Positions 1-12,015 of a DNA stretch of 64,000 nt are shown piece by piece; position 1 is the first letter of the stretch, and each line of letters begins with the position of its first letter. The notes beneath the pieces are model-generated. The model was not told where the DNA came from and did not search any database. It saw nothing but the letters and a program-made list of their open reading frames with translations. The DNA is from Okamejei kenojei (taxonomy: Eukaryota), in the NCBI GenBank assembly GCA_035221665.1, contig CM069146.1:39680001-39744000 (forward strand). The letters are read 5' to 3'. Both the position numbers and the translations under genes were made by a program.

Positions 1-739
1 CCTCCAAGTCCGTGCATTTATACTTCATTTTAGCAAGCTCCCTCCCAATGATTTCTTGTTCCTGTTTTAGTCTCTTTATCTCCTTAGCCATCTCAGTTAT
101 CGTATTGTCCATTCCTTCCATAGCCACCTCAGTAGATTTTAGCATTGTATCCAGTTTTTTATTACAATCCTTATCAACCTGCTTAATTTTTTTATTTAAA
201 TCCTCCTCAACTTCGACCACACGTTTGGTTAAGTCATCAATTTTCCCCATCAGCGTATCATTACCTTGTTTAATTTTTTCAGAGAGGCTTTTGTCCAGCA
301 CGAGGTTCTCCTCTCGTATCAGTTTTGAAATAACTTCAGTGACTGAAGCTAATACTGACTTTTCCAGGTGTTCCATTTGTTCCTCCATTAAAGTCAATTC
401 TGTAGAAGGATTTCGAGAATCAACTTCTTCTTCTGAACTTCCAGCTGATGTTTGAGGGGATTGAGGAGTCTTTTTCAGGTTTTTTCAAGTAGGCTCTTGT
501 AGCAGGTCTTGAAGTGGCTTTTGCAGACTTCTGGCGAGGTTTCTGTTTTTTCATTTAAAACTGCAATTATTCTCTGTTTATCAGCAGGATTCTGATAACA
601 CACAATTAAATAGCAGCTCCGGTAGTTATTTTCAGAAACTCCCCCGTCTTCCAACTCATATTTTAGCACATTAAAACATTCTTCGGGAGCAGAGCGAAAC
701 AGCGACGTCTCTCACCCCACCATTGACGCCACCGGAAGC
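1..739 (-). mobile_element. 5' end (UTR plus ORF1 N-terminus and coiled coil) of an L1-clade LINE, running off the window start
   Basis: The minus strand gives a basic N-terminus from ATG at 554 (MKKQKPRQKSAK). After one frameshift it gives a long heptad-rich coiled coil (MEEQMEHLEKSV...EIKRLKQEQEIIGRELAKMKYKCTDLE), typical of L1 ORF1p. The CpG-containing 5' end (CTTCCGGTGGCG...) abuts the Tc1 ORF at ~740. Confidence 0.7.
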
Positions 740-1942
740 TCGTGGAGAAGTTTAAAGCAGGGTTAGATCATAAAAAAAATATCCCAAGCTTTTAACATTT
801 CAAGGAGCACTGTTCAATCCATCATCCGAAAATGGAAAGAGTATGGCACAACTGCAAACCTACCAAGACATGGCCGTCCACCTAAACTGACAGGCCGGGC
901 AAGGAGAGCATTGATCAGAGAAGCAGCCAAGAGGCCCATGGTAACTCTGGAGGAGCTGCAGAGACCCACAGCTCAGGTGGGGAGAATCTGTCCACAGGAC
1001 AACTATTAGTTGTGCACTCCACAAATCGGGCCTTTATGGAAGAGTGGCAAGAAGAAAGCCAATTGTTGAAACAAAGCCATAAGTAGTCTTGTTTGCAGTT
1101 TGCCACAAGCCATGTGGGGGACACAGCAAACATGTGGAGAAAGGTGCTCTGGTCTGATGAGACCAAAATTGAAGTTTTTGGCCTAAATGCAAAAAGCTAT
1201 GTGTGGCGGAAAACTAACACTGCACATCGCCCTGAACACACCATCCCCACTGTGAAACATGGTGGTGGCAGCATCATGCTGTGAGGATGCTTTTCTTCAG
1301 CAGGGACAGGGAAGCTGGTCAGAGTTGATGGGAAGATGGATGGAGCCAAATACAGGGCAATCTTGGAAGAAAACCTGTTAGAGTCTGCAAAAGACTTGAG
1401 ACTGGGGCGGAGGTTCACCTTTCAGCAGGACAACGACCCTAAACATACAGCCAGAGCTACAATGGAATGGTTTAGATCAAAGCATATTCATGTGTTAGAA
1501 TGGCCCAGTCAAAGTCCAGACCTAAATCCAATTGAGAATCTCTGGCAAGACTTGAAAATTGCTGTTCACAGATGCTCTCCATCCAATCTGACTGAGCTTG
1601 AGCTATTTTGCAAAGAAAAATGAGCAAACATTTCAGTCTCTAGATGTGCAAAGCTGGTAGAGACATACCCTAAAAGACTTGCAGCTGTAATTGCAGCGAA
1701 AGGTGGTTCTACAGAGTATTGACTCAGGAGAGCTGAATACTTTTGCACACCACACTTTTCAGTTTTTTATTTGTAATAAAATTGGGAAACCATGTATCAT
1801 TTTCCTTCCACTTCACAATTATGCACCACTTTGTGTTGGTCTATCACATAAAATCCCAATAAAATACTTTTACGTTTGTGGTTGTAACGTGACAAAATGT
1901 GGAAAAGTTCAAGGGGTATGAATACTTTTGCAAGCCACTGTA
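740..1942 (+). mobile_element. Tc1/mariner (DD34E) DNA transposon, defective; left part displaced by the L1 insertion
   Basis: Transposase remnant plus a right TIR ending ...GAATACTTTTGCAAGCCACTG at 1940, followed by TA (1941-1942). An inner repeat GAATACTTTT at ~1735 indicates an IR/DR-type TIR. Confidence 0.95.
742..1722 (+). pseudogene. Tc1 transposase pseudogene
   Basis: Motifs [39 protein letters not shown] and KGGSTEY*; several stops and frameshifts. Confidence 0.95.
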
Positions 1943-2280
1943 TATACCCATCAACTCCCTTTTTCTGGTTGTACCACCTATCTACCCTGTGGGATAATTT
2001 ACAGTGACTAATTACATCTATAGTTGGGGAAAAATGTACCCTGTGCTGAATTTAACCAGGGGCAGCAACGTCTTTTTAAAGAAACATCCATTCCAAAATA
2101 TAGCACGGGTGGCCCAGAGGGAGATATTGTTACTGCTGGCTCCCTTCCTCACCCTTCTTACTCTCTCTCCTCCTCCCTCACATTTTCCCTTCTTTCCTTT
2201 GCCTCCCTCCCAGGAAGTGACAGGGACTGCTCTTACTTTGATGTGTGTGTCTGCTTCTTTTGGAACAGGCAAGCAGCTCC

Positions 2281-2502
2281 CATCTAGCTAACATCTTTCA
2301 CCTGTTCCCTTCCCTATATCACCCATCCCACTGATCTGCTCCCAACCACCACCAATGTTCCCAATTGTACTCCTGACAAGCCTGACATAAATTTCCCTCT
2401 TCTTACGTCCAGCCCCCCCTTCCTGATAAACGACCTTCTGCTGACTTAATTAACCAGACCGTCCCTGCTGCACAATCGGGTCATATCCTATCTCCTGTCT
2501 AC
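2281..2502 (+). repeat. Copy 1 of a ~220-bp dispersed C/T-rich duplication (copy 2 at 5742-5958)
   Basis: Both copies share CATCTAGCTAACATC...TTCACCTGTTCCCTTCCC...ACTCCTGACAAGCCT...CCTGATAAA...TTAATTA...CCTATCTCCT. Confidence 0.8.
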
Positions 2503-3299
2503 ATGAGCAGGCAGTGTCTGCCACTGAATGGAGGATCCCGATCATTTGTGTCTTTCCAGCCCTGAGCCTCGATCTCTGTAGTAAGGAAAATAAAAGGTAA
2601 AAGTGAGCACCGCACTGATCTCATAAGGAGCAGCTAGTTTACCACATCATTTCAGGGACATTCCAATCATAAGGGATTGCTGGCAATCCTAACATGTTGG
2701 TCAATATGGTGCAATTCAGTGCTCTCCTAAGCCATCAAGCTGCTGTAGAGTATACTATTCTGTACTTGCAGTTCAACAGTAATATTTAACCATTCATTAT
2801 TTCAGTGCATTGTAACGACCCTCCCCCCTCCTCTGGCATCACACCAACACTCCTCAGTGGTGGTTTTGATCTGCATCCTTCTCAGCTGGTAGATCTCCCA
2901 CTTGTCTACTGGCCTGCTTGTGGGTAGAGAAATAACAGAGATAATGTTCAAAGACACCCTGCATGTCAAGAACAGCGGGAGATTTTGATATGCATGCTTT
3001 CAGGTTTCCAGATTACAAAACAGCCAGAACTTGCCTTTGAACTACAATTTAGGCCTTTGGGACCATAGTAGACCTCTCAGCTTCTCAGGCCTGCTCCATT
3101 ATTCAATTAGATCTGTATCCTTTTATCTGTGTATCTCTTGATATTCTTGTATTGCAAAGTACCATCAGTCTCAGGTTTGAAACTGACTGGAAGTGTGTTC
3201 AAAATTGACACAATACTATATAGGGTGGCATGGTGATGTAGCGGTAGAGATGAGTTGAGAATTGTTTGAGCAACTCTCTAATCCTTTTGTCTCACACTT

Positions 3300-3550
3300 T
3301 GTGTGTATGAATCTCTGGCCTTTGTCCGACCACTCGCTAATGTTCACCTATGACCTGCCATGCTTTGTCCTGCCCCTCCACTCATCGAGCTTTTATTCAT
3401 CCCACCCCTCCGCTCAGTCTGAAGAAGGATCCTGATCCGAAACGTCATCTATCCATGTTCTCCAGGGATACTGCCTCACCTCCTGAGTTATTCCGGTATT
3501 TTGTGTCTTTCCTTGCTGGAGTAACCAGCATCTGCAGTTTCTCGTTTCTA
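3300..3550 (+). mobile_element. Penelope-like element terminal-repeat fragment with a hammerhead-like core
   Basis: CAGTCTGAAGAAGGATCCTGATCCGAAACGTCA...GAGTTATTCC...AACCAGCATCTGCAGTT. The same family at 60505-60995 is attached to a GIY-YIG C-terminus. Confidence 0.65.
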
Positions 3551-3877
3551 CAAAGAGAAGGGGACATGTGTTTCAAGTTGGTGAGCTTTCATCACAACCG
3601 TACTGATGTGAAGGATAATATGAAGCTGCCTCTCTTGGGTACAAAAACATCAACAGGAATATTTCAAATGTAATTTTAGATATGTGCAACTATTACATTA
3701 TATCACCATCCTGCCATTAATTAATTTTGTATTTTCAAATGTCAGTGTTATTAAAAAATGTGCTCACACAAAGACAATTGATTGACAAATTTAAATGCTT
3801 AATTTTGTGACCAATTTATTTTTGGATTATATTCATCAAAGTTTATAAAGATAAACGCCATGTTTCTTTAAATATGT

Positions 3878-4200
3878 GGGCACCATGGTAGGGCAGCAGT
3901 AGAGTTGCTGCCTAACAGTGCCAGAGACCCGGGTTCAATCCTGACTTCGGGTGCTGTATGTACGGAGTTTGTATGTTCTCCCCGTGACCTGCAGGGTGAC
4001 GGGTGCTCTGGTTTCCTCCCACTCCAAAGATGTACAGGTTTGCAGATGAAATGGCTTCAGTAAAAAATTGTAAATTGTAATTGTAAATTGTCCCTAGAGT
4101 GTAGGAAAGTGCTAGTGTATGGAGATCGCTGGTCGGTGAGGACTTGGTGGGCGAAGAGTTTGTTTCCACTCTGTATCTCTAAACTAAACTAACTAAACTA
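3878..4200 (+). mobile_element. tRNA-derived V-SINE (HE1-like)
   Basis: A/B-box-like head (GGTAGGGCAGCAGTAGAG...GGGTTCAATCC), V-domain-like CTCTGGTTTCCTCCCACTCCAAAGATGTACAGG, and a (CTAAA)n tail. Confidence 0.85.
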
Positions 4201-5119
4201 ATATAATTCCTAAATTTATCAAGGAATATTTCCAAAGCACGTTTTTGAAAAATTATGTTGTAAACCACAACAAGCAGATTGCTCACTGCAGATTTTGCAT
4301 TTGGTGATGTGCAGATAAATTTGAGCGCTAACTTTATCGAAACCAGCATATTTCAGCACAACCTCTGCCCATTTCACTAACTGTTGCAGATGGAGAAACA
4401 CAACTATAAATATCATGAAACATTTGAAAGGATGAATAGTAAACATTTCTTACAAAACCAAAGTGCTATGGATGCTGGAAATTAAAAAAAACAAAACAAA
4501 AATAACTTAGCAGGTCTGGTGGCAGCTGTAGAGGGAAGCATAGATTTTCTCCATTTTCTTTGTTCTGCTCCCATTCTAAACTTAGTCCTCAGCCTCCTAT
4601 ATTCTCCTGCTGAAGCCCAATAAAAGCTCAAGGAGCAGCACTATACTTTCAACTCTAATGCGCAGACTCAACACGAGTTTAACAGTTGCAGGTAATCTTT
4701 CTCTTGTGCTCATTTATACTTGTGACATATTCACATTTTGTTTCTTTACTTATCACATCAGCAGTCCCTTGGACTTTGCTAATATTTGGGCAAATGTTGA
4801 ATAAGATGCACAGTGTGCCATGGTCAGAACCTTGATTATTTTCATTTGACACCCTGCCTAGCCTGTGACCCGGCAGGCTGACATGCAGAAGCAGGTGTTT
4901 GCAACACTTCCCTGACAAATTCTGAAAATTCTGGAAATACTCATCAAGTCTGGTCATAACCATAGACACAGAAATAGAGTTAAAGTTTCAGGTTGATATA
5001 ATTGTCTGACCTGCTGAGTATTTTCAGCATATCTCTGATTTTTATTTCAGATGTGCAGCATCTACAACAGTTTGCTTTGCAAGTGCCTGTGAACCTTGCT
5101 TCAGCGGACTTAAAGTAGG

Positions 5120-5640
5120 ACATAGAACAGTAAAGCATTCGTCCCATAATGTTTGTGCGAGCATAATGCTGAGCTAACCTGATCCCATCTGTCTGTGCAT
5201 GATCCGTTTCACTCTATTGTCTGCATTTCCATGTGCCTATCTAAAAGTATTTGAAATGCCACTATCGTATTAGCCTCCACCACCATTCCTGGCCCCCACC
5301 ACTATCTGTGTAAAAAAAATTCCCGTACATCTCCATTAAATTTTTCCCTTCTCACTTTATAGCTATGCCCTCTAATGTTGTACCCTGGAAAAAGGTTCTG
5401 ACTGTCTACCCTATCGATGCCTCTCATAATTTTATATACTACCATAAGTCTCCTCTCAACCTCTGATGTTCCTTGGAAAATAATCCATGTTTATCCAACC
5501 TCTCCTTGCAGCTGAAACCCTCTAATAGAGGCAGCATCCAGGTAAAGTTCCTATCACCTCTCCAAAGCCTTCACATCCATCTTGTAATGGAGCATGCAAT
5601 ATTTCAAATGCAGCCTAACCAACTTATAAAGCTGCTCCAT
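5120..5640 (-). mobile_element. Old CR1-type LINE 3' fragment
   Basis: The reverse complement matches the CR1 ORF2 C-terminus and 3' UTR pattern seen in the full copies at 48-58 kb (e.g. RLDKHGLFS...RLRGDL). Confidence 0.6.
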
Positions 5641-5741
5641 TGCCATTGCTTGGAAACCACTATGTTTGTACTGTTATTTGTTTATTGAGCTCTTTCCTTG
5701 GCTCTTACTCTTCCCCCATCATCTCCCGCTGTGATGGCCAG

Positions 5742-5958
5742 CATCTAGCTAACATCGTTCACCTGTTCCCTTCCCCATATCGCCCACTCTATTGATCTGC
5801 CCACAACCACCAATCTCCCTAACTTAACTCCTGACAAGCCTAACATAAATATCCCTCTTCTCGCATCCAGATCCCCTCCTGATAAAAGTCCTTCCACTGA
5901 TTTAATTATCCAGACTGTCCCTCCCTCACAACTTGTGTCCTTTCCTATCTCCTCTCTA
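5742..5958 (+). repeat. Copy 2 of the dispersed duplication, continuing into a Pro-rich frame to ~6190
   Basis: Collinear with 2281-2502. Confidence 0.8.
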
Positions 5959-7089
5959 CTTACTATGCCTCCTCCACAACCCTCCCCTCCAGATCCCCTA
6001 CTCCCAACCAACCTCAACCAACTGTACTTCACTCTAACCACCGCCCCCTCTCCCATACAAGCACCAATCTCTGCTCCTATAATAATCCCCAATTCCCCAC
6101 TAGCTGCCTTGCCAACTCCACCCCTGGAACCTGGAGACAACCTCTGCCCAACCTTACATGGACAATGGCGGAGCACAAAGTGGAAAGACCTGCAGCCACT
6201 TAAGCCTTACGCAGGTACAGCCAACACTGAGTTCTCACTCAGTTTTCCAGTGGAGAATAATGAACAAGATGTTTGCTGCCCTTAATGGATCTTTGTAGGT
6301 GTCTTCCAATTTCTAGGATGTTTAATTTCTTAAACTTTTTCCAATTCTTTTAAGAATTGATGGATCTAGAAAGTTATCTTTTTTTTCACTCTCTCCACAG
6401 CAAAACATTTTCAGTGGTTGGTAATTAAGTAAGTACATTTAGAAACCATCTAGAAAACATAAATGAAGTTCAAAGGAACATGCCAAGTATTATTAGGATG
6501 CAGAATACATTGTTATCAGTGGCTTTATCCGTCTGGTCAATCATGGTAGTTAAGGGTGAATTAAATCAATATAAGACTTTAAAAATGCACAGAAACAGAG
6601 CAGTGAAAGAGTGGGTAGCTTAACAAGAGCACCAGCAATCATTCCAGCACAGTCAAGGAAACAATATGAGTCCCTGTCAAAGGATTACAATTCTTGCTTG
6701 ATGGAATCATAGCGCACAGAACAGTACAGCTCAGGAACAGACCCTTCGGTCCACAATGTCAAACATGATGCCAAGATAAATAAATCTTATTTGCCTGCGC
6801 ATGATCCAAGTCCCTCCATTCCCTGCACATCCATATGCCATTGGAGTGAGATATAAGTACAGCCATTCACTTTGACATCAGAATCAGTGCCTTCAAAAAG
6901 CGTAAGCGAGAGACCAATGATTTGGGCTTGCTATACAACATTGTTCCATATATCTGTGATAATTGGAAGCTGTGAGTCAAAGAATCAAGCCAACAATCGT
7001 AAGGTTAGCTACAGTGGTCTATAACGCAAGTTGAAAGAAAAGGTACAGGTAAATACAGTATTATTGTTGAAACATATTTTACCTCATGC

Positions 7090-7615
7090 CACAGCTGGTA
7101 GAGTTATTGCTTTGCATTGCCAAAGATCCGAGTTTAGTCCTGACTTCGGGTGCGGTCTGCCTGCTGATTGCCTGCTCGCTCTGGATTGCGTGGTTTTCCC
7201 CCGGGTGGTCTGCATTCTTCTCTCATCCCTAGGCAAAGGGCTTGGAAGGAAAGTTGGCCAATGTAAGTTCATGGGCCGATGTGCGATGTGTCAGGATCAT
7301 GACGTCTGTGGAATGGGCCGCTGGAGGCCCAGCAGTAGCCTGGGGCTCAATTAGATCATGCACCGCTCCAAGTGGCTGAGCACGCAGAAGGAATGCGGCC
7401 TACATTGGCACGGAGTGGCAGAGCAGCGATAGAGGACATCGACACATTGCCTGGTCACCTTGTGTGCAGGTGAATGATAGAATTGAGGTGGAGTTCATAG
7501 GTATGTGGGTGAAATAAAAGATAGGATGAATAAGTCGCTTGTGGATGGTCAGTGACTTGTGGATGGACCCTTAGCGGAAGGGCCTGCTTCCATACTGTAT
7601 CTCTCTCTCTGAATC
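7090..7615 (+). mobile_element. Degenerate HE1-like SINE interrupted by unrelated sequence
   Basis: Head GCTGGTAGAGTTATTGC...CCTGACTTCGGGTGCGGTCTG; tail GAAGGGCCTGCTTCCATACTGTATCTCT near 7577-7605. Confidence 0.5.
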
Positions 7616-8226
7616 TAAACATCCAAACTTATTCTGAAATTGGGCATCATATTATTTTCTGAAAGCTCAATTTGGTTCAGTGCACCTCAACCTTAACTGC
7701 GATTTTTTAGATGCAATGTATTATTTCCCCTTGATTTACACCAGTGTAGCACAGTAGCCACCAATAGTCCCTCAAATCACAGCCGTCAGTTCATCTTCCA
7801 GCTGAGAACAATCCCCACCAAGATGTGCACAATTATTGTGGGTGAGCCATGATTTTTATCTGTCTTGGCATGGCTCTGTATCTTTCCATTAGACACTGTA
7901 TTTTCATTAACTTGGCACTGGATCACATTTTCCTGCTAAATGCATTGATGAGTCAGGTAAAAACTCCAGCAGAGTATAATGCATTCTCTGGTGGTAGTCT
8001 TTTCCACGATCTTGGGCCTAGCTATAGCTGATGAATGCTTGCATTTCACCATTGGGCCTTGGGTACATTTCTGTGGGGATCACATCAGTTGAGCAGTAGA
8101 AAGATTGCTGATGCTCACTTGTCATGTGTCAAGCTTATAAAATGTAATCAGAACGAATCTGATTCTGACCACATGCAGAAGGACAACATAATTTCTAAGT
8201 TATTTTTTCAATTAAGACTGGACTGC

Positions 8227-8790
8227 CNNNNNNNNNNNNNNNNNNNNNNNNNNNNNNNNNNNNNNNNNNNNNNNNNNNNNNNNNNNNNNNNNNNNNNNNN
8301 NNNNNNNNNNNNNNNNNNNNNNNNNNNNNNNNNNNNNNNNNNNNNNNNNNNNNNNNNNNNNNNNNNNNNNNNNNNNNNNNNNNNNNNNNNNNNNNNNNNN
8401 NNNNNNNNNNNNNNNNNNNNNNNNNNNNNNNNNNNNNNNNNNNNNNNNNNNNNNNNNNNNNNNNNNNNNNNNNNNNNNNNNNNNNNNNNNNNNNNNNNNN
8501 NNNNNNNNNNNNNNNNNNNNNNNNNNNNNNNNNNNNNNNNNNNNNNNNNNNNNNNNNNNNNNNNNNNNNNNNNNNNNNNNNNNNNNNNNNNNNNNNNNNN
8601 NNNNNNNNNNNNNNNNNNNNNNNNNNNNNNNNNNNNNNNNNNNNNNNNNNNNNNNNNNNNNNNNNNNNNNNNNNNNNNNNNNNNNNNNNNNNNNNNNNNN
8701 NNNNNNNNNNNNNNNNNNNNNNNNNNNNNNNNNNNNNNNNNNNNNNNNNNNNNNNNNNNNNNNNNNNNNNNNNNNNNNNNNNNNNNNNNN
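8227..8790. other. Assembly gap
   Basis: Run of N. Confidence 1.
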
Positions 8791-9247
8791 TATAGAAACA
8801 TAGAAATTAGGTGCAGGAGTAGGCCATTCACCCTTCGAGCCTGCACCGCCATTCAATATGATCATGGCTGATCATCCAACTCAGTATCCCGTACCTGCCT
8901 TCTCTCCATACCCTCTGATCCCCTTAGCCACAAGGGCCACATCCAACTCACTCTTAAATATAGCCAATGAACTGGCCTCAACTACCCTCTGTGGCAGAGA
9001 GTTCCAGAGACTCACCACTCTCTGTGTGAAAAAAGTCTTTCTCATCTCGGTCTTAAAGGATTTCCCCCTTATCCTTAAGCTGTGACCCCTTGTCCTGGAC
9101 TTCCCCAACATCGGGAACAATCTTCCTGCATCTAGCCTGTCCAACCCCTTAAGAATTTTGTAAGTTTCTATAAGATCCCCTCTCAATCTCCTAAATTCCA
9201 GAGAGTATAAACCAAGTCTATCCAGTCTTTCTTCATAAGACAGTCCT
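8791..9247 (-). mobile_element. Young CR1/HER1-type LINE 3' end
   Basis: Encodes GLSYEERLDRLGLYSLEFRRLRGDLIETYKILKG...FFTQRVVSLWNSLP with a (CTATGTTT)n tail; nearly identical to 51885-52337 and 61333-61678. Followed by a (TA)n tract at ~9249-9285. Confidence 0.95.
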
Positions 9248-9619
9248 AAATATATATATATATATTTATATATATATTTATATATGTGTGGTGGTTGAAT
9301 ACAGAGTAGAGAGTGTCGGCATGAATGTGAATTTATGTGGTTGAATTGCAAAATACATATGCATTATGAGGAGGATTTTGGTGAAATTACGCTGGTTGCA
9401 CGTGAAGAAAGTGCCTACTTTCACTACTGACTTTCACTCAGAGCACTTGGAATATCTGAGTGCAGGACGTATGGCTAAAACATTTCTTTAAATGAAGTCC
9501 TACAATGTTATAGGAATCATGATTCCATTTTAATACTCAACTGATCGATGCATCAATGGAAAAATTAAAGTGCTTGGAATATATATAGCGCTTAGAGTGT
9601 ACCAAAGAGTTTACAAATA

Positions 9620-9740
9620 ATCAGTCTGAAGAAGGGTCACCCATGCTTTCTATCCAGAGATGCCGCTTGTCCCGTTGAGTTACTCCAACGTTTTGTGTCT
9701 ATCTTTGGAGTAAACCAGCATCTGCTGTTCGTTCCTACAC
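9620..9740 (+). mobile_element. Penelope-derived repeat fragment
   Basis: CAGTCTGAAGAAGGGTC...CCAGAGATGC...GAGTTACTCC...AAACCAGCATCTGC. Confidence 0.6.
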
Positions 9741-11284
9741 AGTTTACAATACTTATTTGTGGGAGTAGAGTCACTGTAGTCAAGTAAGCAAATATAGTAA
9801 CCAACGTTTACTATAGCCAATAATTATCAATGTCATGTCACATGTACCTAGGTACAGTGAAATCTGTGTTTTGCATACAGTGCAGTAACAATCTTACTAT
9901 ACATTAGGCACAATCGTACTTAGAAACAAGAGTACAATTTTGTAGATTACACCGAGGCAATATACAAGAGTCGCCATGTTTCCAGTGTCATCTTGTAACC
10001 TTCAGGTTCAAGTTGTTGAAAATGTCTTAATGGCCGTAAAGGCCCATCATCCTGGTGGTGGCACAGGGTTGGAGTTGCAGGGGTTGTCCTCACTAGTCAA
10101 TGTGTCAATGTCCTTCATCACTTCTCTGCCGCTCCATGCCACTGTTGGCTGCAAACATTCTGCGCACTCAGCCACTTTGAGCGACACATGATCTAATTGA
10201 GTCCCAGGCTGCTGCAGGGCCTCCAGCGGCCCACTCCACTGATGCCTTGATCCGGACACATTGGACATTGGCCCGTGAATGCACTGTCCTTCACCTCATG
10301 AGCCGACTGCTCCGCCTCCGTGCCCTTGGGTGTCTCTCACACCCAACCTCAGAACACCCAGAGTGCATCTGAGAGCGCAGGAGGTCAGACCCCAGCCCGC
10401 TCACCAGCATCGTTGTTTTCCCCTGTCCGCTGCTGCCACCATCTTGAAGTCAACTTTTAGCAGTAAGAGATGGGCACCCTCCTTTTGGGGCCAGTGGTAT
10501 AAGGTAAACCTTTGTAGAGTTTATCACATCCTTTTGGTGTAAAATGTTTTGTGCTTAATTACTTTTGAAAAGCAGCCATGGGTTACTTGTAATCCGACGA
10601 CAAACACAGATTACTTATTTTCAAATATTCAATCATGGCTTTGGTTCAAGATGTTATCTTAAAGATGCAATATTGATGAAAATGATGGTATTTGGCAGGT
10701 GGTCATATAAATGCTCTTTCAGGTAGATAAAAGCAGATTATAAATTTGTATTGCAAATGGGCAGAGAGAAGTTTAAGTGCTGCAGACACTGCAGAGCAGA
10801 GACATAGGGTCAAGTCAATTCCTAATGAGTTATGTGGGAAAGCATCAATACACGAGCTTGTGGAGCAGGTTTTGGAATTATGATCAAATATCGGGGTGCG
10901 GTTTGTCTGGTCCGGAACTGTCATGTGTCATGGGTGTTGTGATCGGGTGCTGGGATCGAGTAGAATAGTCTGGGTCAGTTATCAAATGTTACGGAGATTG
11001 TATTTCAGAGTGAATTAGTGTCGTTGGGGGTTTGACTGTGTGCTGGGGGCAGGGTGATATAGTTGGAAGTTGTGAATGTGGGGTGGGGTAGTATTATTAG
11101 GGTTGGTGATTGTTTTTTGTTGGGAGCTGTAATGTAGATGGGGTTTCCAATCATGCGTTGGAGCTGGAGTGACAGTCAAAGGTTGGATTGTGTGTTGTGC
11201 CGGGGTAGTATAGTCAAAGATGATGATTGTGTTTGTGACTGGATGTAGTACTGTCTGGAGTTATAGTTATAGGTGGCATAATTA

Positions 11285-11610
11285 GGGTGGCGCAGTGGTA
11301 GATTTGCTGCCTTACATTGCCAGAGACCCGGGTTCGGTCCTGACTATGGATGCTGTCTGCGCGGAGTTAGTACATTCACCCTGAAACTGTATGGGTTTTC
11401 TTCATGTGTTCCGGTTTCCTCCTACACTCCAAATGTACAGGTTTGTAGGTTAATTGGCGTCTCTAAATAGTAAATTGTTCTAGCGTGAAGGATAGTGGTA
11501 ATGGACAGGATGATCACTGGCCGGTGTGGATTCGGTGAGTTGAAGGGCCTGTTTCCACGCTGAATCTCTAAAGTCTAAAGGTTTTACACTAAAGTCTAAC
11601 TAAAGTCTAT
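11285..11610 (+). mobile_element. HE1-like V-SINE
   Basis: GGTGGCGCAGTGGTAGA...CCCGGGTTCGGTCCTGACT head, V core, and (AAAGTCT)n tail. Confidence 0.85.
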
Positions 11611-11772
11611 AATTTAGGGATGAAAGAAGGTTAGTTGGGAGCTGAGGCTAGGTCAGAATTTAGACAGTATAGACAGGCTGAGATCATATGTTTCTAAAGG
11701 ATTAGTAGAATTTAGGGTTGTGAACTTCTGTTGTGCAGGGGCAATCATATTAGTAAGGGTTGTGATTGATAA

Positions 11773-12015
11773 GTTTAGTTTAGTTTAGTTTAGAGATACA
11801 GCGCGGAAATAGATCCTTCTGGCCCACCAAGTCCGTGCCGACTAGCAATCCCCACACACGAACACTATCCTACACACTAGGGATAATTTACAATTTTACC
11901 AAGTCAATTAACCTACAAACGTGTACATCTTTGGAGTGTGGGAGGAAACCAGAGCTCCCAGAGAAAACCTATGCAGGTCATCGGGAGAACATGCAAACTC
12001 TGTGCAAACAGCACC
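11773..12015 (-). mobile_element. HE1-like V-SINE, 5'-truncated
   Basis: (GTTTA)n tail on the + strand, followed by the reverse complement of the V core. Confidence 0.8.

Noticed and set aside
12-455. 147-aa Ser/Leu/Phe-rich ORF on the + strand
   Set aside because: Antisense shadow of the L1 ORF1 coiled coil.
2554-2600. Possible short host exon (TTTCCAG...AAG/GTAAAA)
   Set aside because: Splice-like signals alone, with no recognisable peptide and no partner exons.
3878-3950. tRNA-like A/B boxes here and at the other SINE heads
   Set aside because: They continue into the V-SINE core and tail, and there is no complete cloverleaf.
8035-8871. Long ORFs spanning N runs (also 26342-27301 and 39236-39547)
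   Set aside because: Artefacts of translating through assembly gaps.
10880-11275. G/T-rich stretch
   Set aside because: Degenerate low-complexity sequence with no definable unit or coding signal.
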